A DNA stretch of 64,000 bases, taken from Longimicrobiales bacterium. GTDB lineage: Bacteria; Gemmatimonadota; Gemmatimonadetes; Longimicrobiales; Gaopeijiaceae. Where the stretch lies: contig CBDFMQ010000002.1 of NCBI GenBank assembly GCA_965249725.1, positions 2,688,001-2,752,000 on the forward strand, read 5' to 3'. Positions 62,993 through 64,000 of this stretch are shown piece after piece; the first letter of the stretch is position 1, and each line of letters begins with the position of its first letter. Made by a program: the position numbers and the translations under genes. The notes under the pieces were generated by a model, which saw nothing but the letters and a program-made list of their open reading frames with translations, did no database searches and was not told the origin of the DNA.

Positions 62993-63850
62993 TCAAATGT
63001 CTAGGTCATCGCCGGACAGCTCGAGCTTGAACCTCCTGGCTTGCCGGGTCACCCACCTTCTCCACGATGCGGGGGGCGGTGACAAGTCCTCGCCACGCTC
63101 CATCCGATCCAGGATTCCCTCCAATTCCTGCTGTACCTCACCTCGCCGCTTTCGTGAGTAATGGCCCGTAACGCGGACCACTCCCATGGCCACCGCACCG
63201 CCAACCACTGCTCCGAGCGACCACGCTCCAACCGTCGGGACCGCGAGGACTGACCCGAGGAATGCAGCTACCGCGAAAGCAACGCCTCCACCCGCCCCGA
63301 GGCCGCCGATCACGGCGCCTGACGTGTAGTCGGCCCGAACGCCCGGCTCCACGGCGATTTCGACCAGGGTGGTGTCTTCATCGACCTGCTGGAGGCGGAC
63401 CTGGATCTCCTTGGCCGACGCCCAGTAGACCGTCTGCGACATCGAAGCGCCTGCTCGCGCGAAGTTCGAAATCCAGTCGACGGCCGGTCTGTACAGGAGC
63501 ACGTCTGATCCCTGCCGCACCGGCTGAAGAAGATGCCCGGCCACGAGAAACTCGTCCATTATGATGCGGAGCCGCTCCCTGTCCCCTGGCACGACGCGCG
63601 ACACCCGCACCGTCACGGATCCAAAGACACGAGCTACCACCCCCTGTGGATCGTCCGCCGTCCGGAGCTCCGAGAGAGCGCGGCGCACGTGCGCGTCCGG
63701 AAGGCCCACCTCACGCGCGATTCGGAACAGCTCTCCCTCGTCGAGCGCTCCCTCGCCGCCGTCCGGGTCGGACGTCGCGAGTTCCGAAGCACGTTTGATC
63801 ACAGCCTCGAATTCCCGCCGGGTCAGGCTAGTGCCCTTCTCCTCAGTCAT
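62993..63850 (-). CDS. Hypothetical membrane protein
   Basis: VIKRASEL..IAREVGL..VRRAL N-terminal module and two TMs. Confidence 0.7.
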   Translation of the reverse strand: MTEEKGTSLTRREFEAVIKRASELATSDPDGGEGALDEGELFRIAREVGLPDAHVRRALSELRTADDPQGVVARVFGSVTVRVSRVVPGDRERLRIIMDEFLVAGHLLQPVRQGSDVLLYRPAVDWISNFARAGASMSQTVYWASAKEIQVRLQQVDEDTTLVEIAVEPGVRADYTSGAVIGGLGAGGGVAFAVAAFLGSVLAVPTVGAWSLGAVVGGAVAMGVVRVTGHYSRKRRGEVQQELEGILDRMERGEDLSPPPASWRRWVTRQARRFKLELSGDDLDI

Positions 63851-63862
63851 GCCCCTCGGCCT

Positions 63863-64000
63863 CTACAGAATCTCCACGATCACAGCCCCACCCTGTCCGC
63901 CCCCGATACATGCGGACCCGAGACCGTAGCGACCCCCGCGCCTGCGTAGTTCATGAAGCAGGTGAATCGTGATGCGAGCGCCCGACGCGGCCAACGGATG
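63863..64000 (-). CDS. Thiolase (acetyl-CoA C-acyltransferase), C-terminal end
   Basis: HPLAASGAR...SACIGGGQG. Confidence 0.9.
   Translation of the reverse strand, partial: HPLAASGARITIHLLHELRRRGGRYGLGSACIGGGQGGAVIVEIL

Overview
GC-rich bacterial chromosome segment; the gene content suggests Gemmatimonadota (inference). Three zones. (1) 1-30 kb: secreted and periplasmic hydrolases, transporters and an aconitase X pair, with several lesions (VIT1 internal deletion, in-frame TGA in a lactate permease, short tandem duplications) and a beta-lactamase-fold membrane protein that has lost its catalytic motifs. (2) 30036-49787: a ~19.7 kb integrative, conjugative-type element bounded by the 8-bp direct repeat GCCTCGGC. 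It splits a flavin-containing monooxygenase gene, and precise excision would restore a 446-aa ORF. It carries an apparently intact tyrosine integrase and excisionase, a putative PD-(D/E)XK Replic_Relax-type relaxase, ArdC, VirD4, VirB11, VirB5/6/8/9/10 (no VirB4 or pilin seen), an oriT-like nested hairpin, hicAB, a broken NYN nuclease and a frameshifted repeat-rich autotransporter. (3) 50-64 kb: core genes (gyrB, DUF721/DciA, recF, ssb, rpsU, hbd, thiolase). Between ssb and rpsU is an uncharacterised locus: three proteins built from two shared unknown domains (A, A-B, B-A), a small putative DNA-binding protein, palindromic sites, and two convergent small-RNA candidates, each with its own sigma70-like promoter and intrinsic terminator. 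This locus is the best candidate for an undescribed system. All family assignments come from motif recognition by eye; no searches were run.
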